Notes under the pieces: model-generated | What the model saw: the letters and a program-made list of their open reading frames with translations, nothing else | Database searches by the model: none | Told to the model about the DNA's origin: nothing | Position numbers and translations under genes: made by a program | Part shown: positions 34,344-36,350 of the stretch, piece after piece | How the letters are laid out: the number at the start of each line of letters is the position of its first letter | How positions within the stretch are numbered: position 1 is the first letter of the stretch | Virus record (IMG/VR): IMGVR_UViG_3300031565_000168 | Coordinates: 1 to 36,350 of that record | Direction: 5' to 3' (one strand) | Length of the DNA stretch: 36,350 nt | Source: a virus

Positions 34344-34399
34344 GTCCGGGGGCGGTCCTCGTGATCGCCCCTTGGTAATAACATACAAGGAGAAAAGCA

Positions 34400-35494
34400 A
34401 TGGCAAAGGAGACAAAGAGTACCTTACCGGCGGTTGTTCAAACCGCCATTGATTTACAAAAAATTGATCTTGCAAATGTGAATCTATTTTTACCCACACA
34501 GACTTTCGGACAAGTCATTGGTGAATATGACAAGGTAGTCATTGAGGTTGTGAATGTCGATCCTGATCCGAAAGCCGGAGATGTCTATGAGATAGCAACG
34601 GGTAAGTTTGCACTCAGCAAACGTCCTCTCGAAATGATGGCATCGGCACTCGGTATCGTATGGGACCCAGTGACGACCGGTATCGTCGAGTCAACGAATC
34701 GAAAGTCAAGGGCGAAAGCCACCGGCGCTATGAGAAAGCCGAATGGGGAATGGATACCGACTACTGAGGAAAAGTCAGTCGATCTCGAAGCTATCGAAGA
34801 AGAACAACGTATCAAGCAAGAGGATTATGCAGACAAGGGGAAACTCATCGGATGGAACGGTAACAAGCCAATTCATGAGTCGTGGGATAAACACGGGGGA
34901 GAACCGGCAAAGCTGGCGCATATCGAACGCGAGATCAGAAAGGCGCTCCTGCCGTATCGGAAGTTCAAGGATGAGAGAGCCAATACCGGAGCGAAAGAAC
35001 GTGTCATCAAGTTTTTCCTCGCATTGAAAAGTACGTATACCAAAGAAGAGCTTTCGAAACCGATAGCCTTCCCCCGGATCGTCACTGATACATCTAAGCT
35101 GCTCGCCAATCCCGCAACAAGTCAAAGAGCAATTGAACAAATGTCCGGCGCTGTCAAATCAATTTTCGGCAGAGATACAGCGCAGACGGTCTCAAAGCAG
35201 CTTGAAGCACCACAGTATGAGGTCGCAAAAAACGGCGAAGAAGCAAAAGAGGAAGAGTCTGTTCCCTGGGATGCTGAGCCTAAGGAGACGGAGGAGGAGA
35301 AGCAGCTCCGAGAAATGATCGAGAATCTCCAGATCCGCCGGAAGAAGTACGACGAGAAGCTCTCGGAGAAGGCGAAGGCTGAAATCGATGGAGTGCTTGC
35401 GAAGGAAAACCCCGATCAGAAAACGATCAGTGGTCTCGTAGCAAAGCTCGACACTTGGGAGGAATTGGCACTAGCAAAGGGGGTGATCTCATGA
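34400..35494 (+). CDS. Recombination-module protein of unknown family (ssDNA-binding or annealing candidate by context only)
   Basis: SD aaggag upstream. ATGA-coupled to the nuclease-ATPase ORF. Charged C-terminal coiled region. Confidence 0.8.
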   Translation: MAKETKSTLPAVVQTAIDLQKIDLANVNLFLPTQTFGQVIGEYDKVVIEVVNVDPDPKAGDVYEIATGKFALSKRPLEMMASALGIVWDPVTTGIVESTNRKSRAKATGAMRKPNGEWIPTTEEKSVDLEAIEEEQRIKQEDYADKGKLIGWNGNKPIHESWDKHGGEPAKLAHIEREIRKALLPYRKFKDERANTGAKERVIKFFLALKSTYTKEELSKPIAFPRIVTDTSKLLANPATSQRAIEQMSGAVKSIFGRDTAQTVSKQLEAPQYEVAKNGEEAKEEESVPWDAEPKETEEEKQLREMIENLQIRRKKYDEKLSEKAKAEIDGVLAKENPDQKTISGLVAKLDTWEELALAKGVIS

Positions 35495-36350
35495 AACCCT
35501 TAAAAATCTATCATACTGGAGACGGTCACTGTTCCCGTGAGAACCAGGAGCCTTTCTTCAAGAGCATGGATCGTCTCATAAAGACGGCGAACTCTGACGA
35601 GGCTCCAGACCTTATTGTGATTGCGGGGGATCTCTTCGATAGAGCGGTCAACGATACAGAGGTCTCCGGTTTTCCTCGGTTGATACGCCGGCTCAAGTGT
35701 CTCATGGATATCGCTCCGGTTGTCGCAGTGCGAGGCACGCCGACTCACGATCTATCTGGATGCTATGAGGTATTTCAGGAGATTGATGCAAAGCATGAGT
35801 TTTGTCTGCTTGAGCCTTCCGTGTCATATTTTCTTACTCCAGATGAGAGGATAGAAGAAAATAATGATTTCGGAGGAAATCTCTTGATCCTCGGCCTCCC
35901 GGAGCCGTCGAAAGAGCATTTCCTCAAGGATAAGCGGCTCGGCAAGGCAGAAGCGGACGAGCTAATAAATCAGGGGATCCGGGAAATGCTCCTCGGCATG
36001 GGAGCAATAAGAAAACAGTATCCCGAGATCCCCTGTCTGTTTGTTGGACACATCGAAGTAAGAGATACCCCAACGTGTACCGGTCACATTATACAGGGTG
36101 GGATCAAAATAGGCAAGGATGATCTCGCGCTCGTCGGAGCCGATTACTACGCGCTCGGGCATATTCACCTCGGGCAGCAGATCGGGGACATGCCGGCGTA
36201 TTATTGCGGATCGATGTTTCCAGTGAATTGGGGCGAGCTCGACCAGAAGGGTTTTAATATTGTCGAGTTTGACGACTATGTTTTAGAAGTTGGTTGCGAG
36301 CCGGTCGTTCAGCGTATTCCATTCCCGCACCCGCCCCGGAAGAAGATCGT
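35491..36350 (+). CDS. SbcD/Mre11-like metallophosphoesterase nuclease, N-terminal part of the ORF that runs off the window end and continues at position 3
   Basis: YHTGDGH (motif I), IAGDLFD (motif II), VRGTPTHD, GHIEV, ALGHIH. No stop occurs before the window end. Confidence 0.85.
   Translation, partial: MKPLKIYHTGDGHCSRENQEPFFKSMDRLIKTANSDEAPDLIVIAGDLFDRAVNDTEVSGFPRLIRRLKCLMDIAPVVAVRGTPTHDLSGCYEVFQEIDAKHEFCLLEPSVSYFLTPDERIEENNDFGGNLLILGLPEPSKEHFLKDKRLGKAEADELINQGIREMLLGMGAIRKQYPEIPCLFVGHIEVRDTPTCTGHIIQGGIKIGKDDLALVGADYYALGHIHLGQQIGDMPAYYCGSMFPVNWGELDQKGFNIVEFDDYVLEVGCEPVVQRIPFPHPPRKKI
36224..36350. repeat. Terminal overlap, identical to 1..127
   Basis: Direct reading. Confidence 0.97.

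Larger units (their letters stand above)
1..36350. mobile_element. Complete temperate tailed-phage genome (circular contig, unique length 36,223 bp)
   Basis: Contiguous replication, packaging, head, tail, lysis and lysogeny modules. The two window ends are an exact 127-bp direct repeat, and an ORF reads in frame through the implied junction. Confidence 0.85.

Noticed and set aside
1-36350. I considered an alternative genetic code (stop-codon reassignment).
   Set aside because: Under the standard code, all expected large phage genes are intact and tightly packed with SD sites. No gene appears broken at recurrent in-frame TAG or TGA codons. The single tailspike discontinuity is a frame change, not a read-through stop.

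Overview
The window is a complete, circularly closed genome of a temperate tailed phage (siphovirus-like). Bases 1-127 are identical to 36224-36350, so the unique length is 36,223 bp and the window is cut inside a gene.

Gene order, mostly on the + strand:
- A recombination module: an SbcD/Mre11-like nuclease and SbcC/Rad50-like ATPase read as one ORF across the junction, preceded by an unknown 364-aa protein.
- A tRNA-like element, a ribbon-helix-helix (RHH) protein and an AT-rich HNH endonuclease.
- A DUF4373-type replisome organizer containing origin-like iterons.
- About 14 small early ORFs, including Lar-like zinc ribbons and a RuvC-like resolvase.
- A promoter plus strong terminator immediately before the late operon.
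- Packaging and head genes: small terminase (TerS), large terminase (TerL), a portal-MuF fusion, an HK97-type protease/scaffold and an HK97-type major capsid protein.
- Neck and tail genes: neck proteins, a large major tail protein, G/GT tail chaperones with a CCCTTTG -1 slippery site, and the tape measure.
- A lectin-rich tail protein, fiber proteins, and a beta-helix tailspike whose C-terminal domain sits in another frame.
- A lysis cassette: M15-like endolysin and holin-like proteins.
- An attP-like repeat region, then on the - strand a tyrosine integrase, a lipoprotein moron and an XRE-type (helix-turn-helix) repressor.
- A divergent genetic switch followed by the early-right genes, which include an OMP-like (outer-membrane-protein) beta-barrel and an excisionase-like helix-turn-helix (HTH) protein.

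Shine-Dalgarno (SD) sites, T-tract terminators, a lipobox and an OMP-type C-terminus point to a diderm bacterial host (inference).

The candidates I think most deserve follow-up are:
- the single-ORF Mre11-Rad50 fusion;
- a roughly 117-aa Ala/Thr-rich domain inserted in both the head-tail connector and the tail tube protein;
- the atypical 105-nt tRNA-like element;
- the duplicated promoter motif with a late-operon terminator;
- the split or recoded tailspike.

All functional calls rest on motif recognition by eye and on gene order. I ran no database search, so novelty is unverified.
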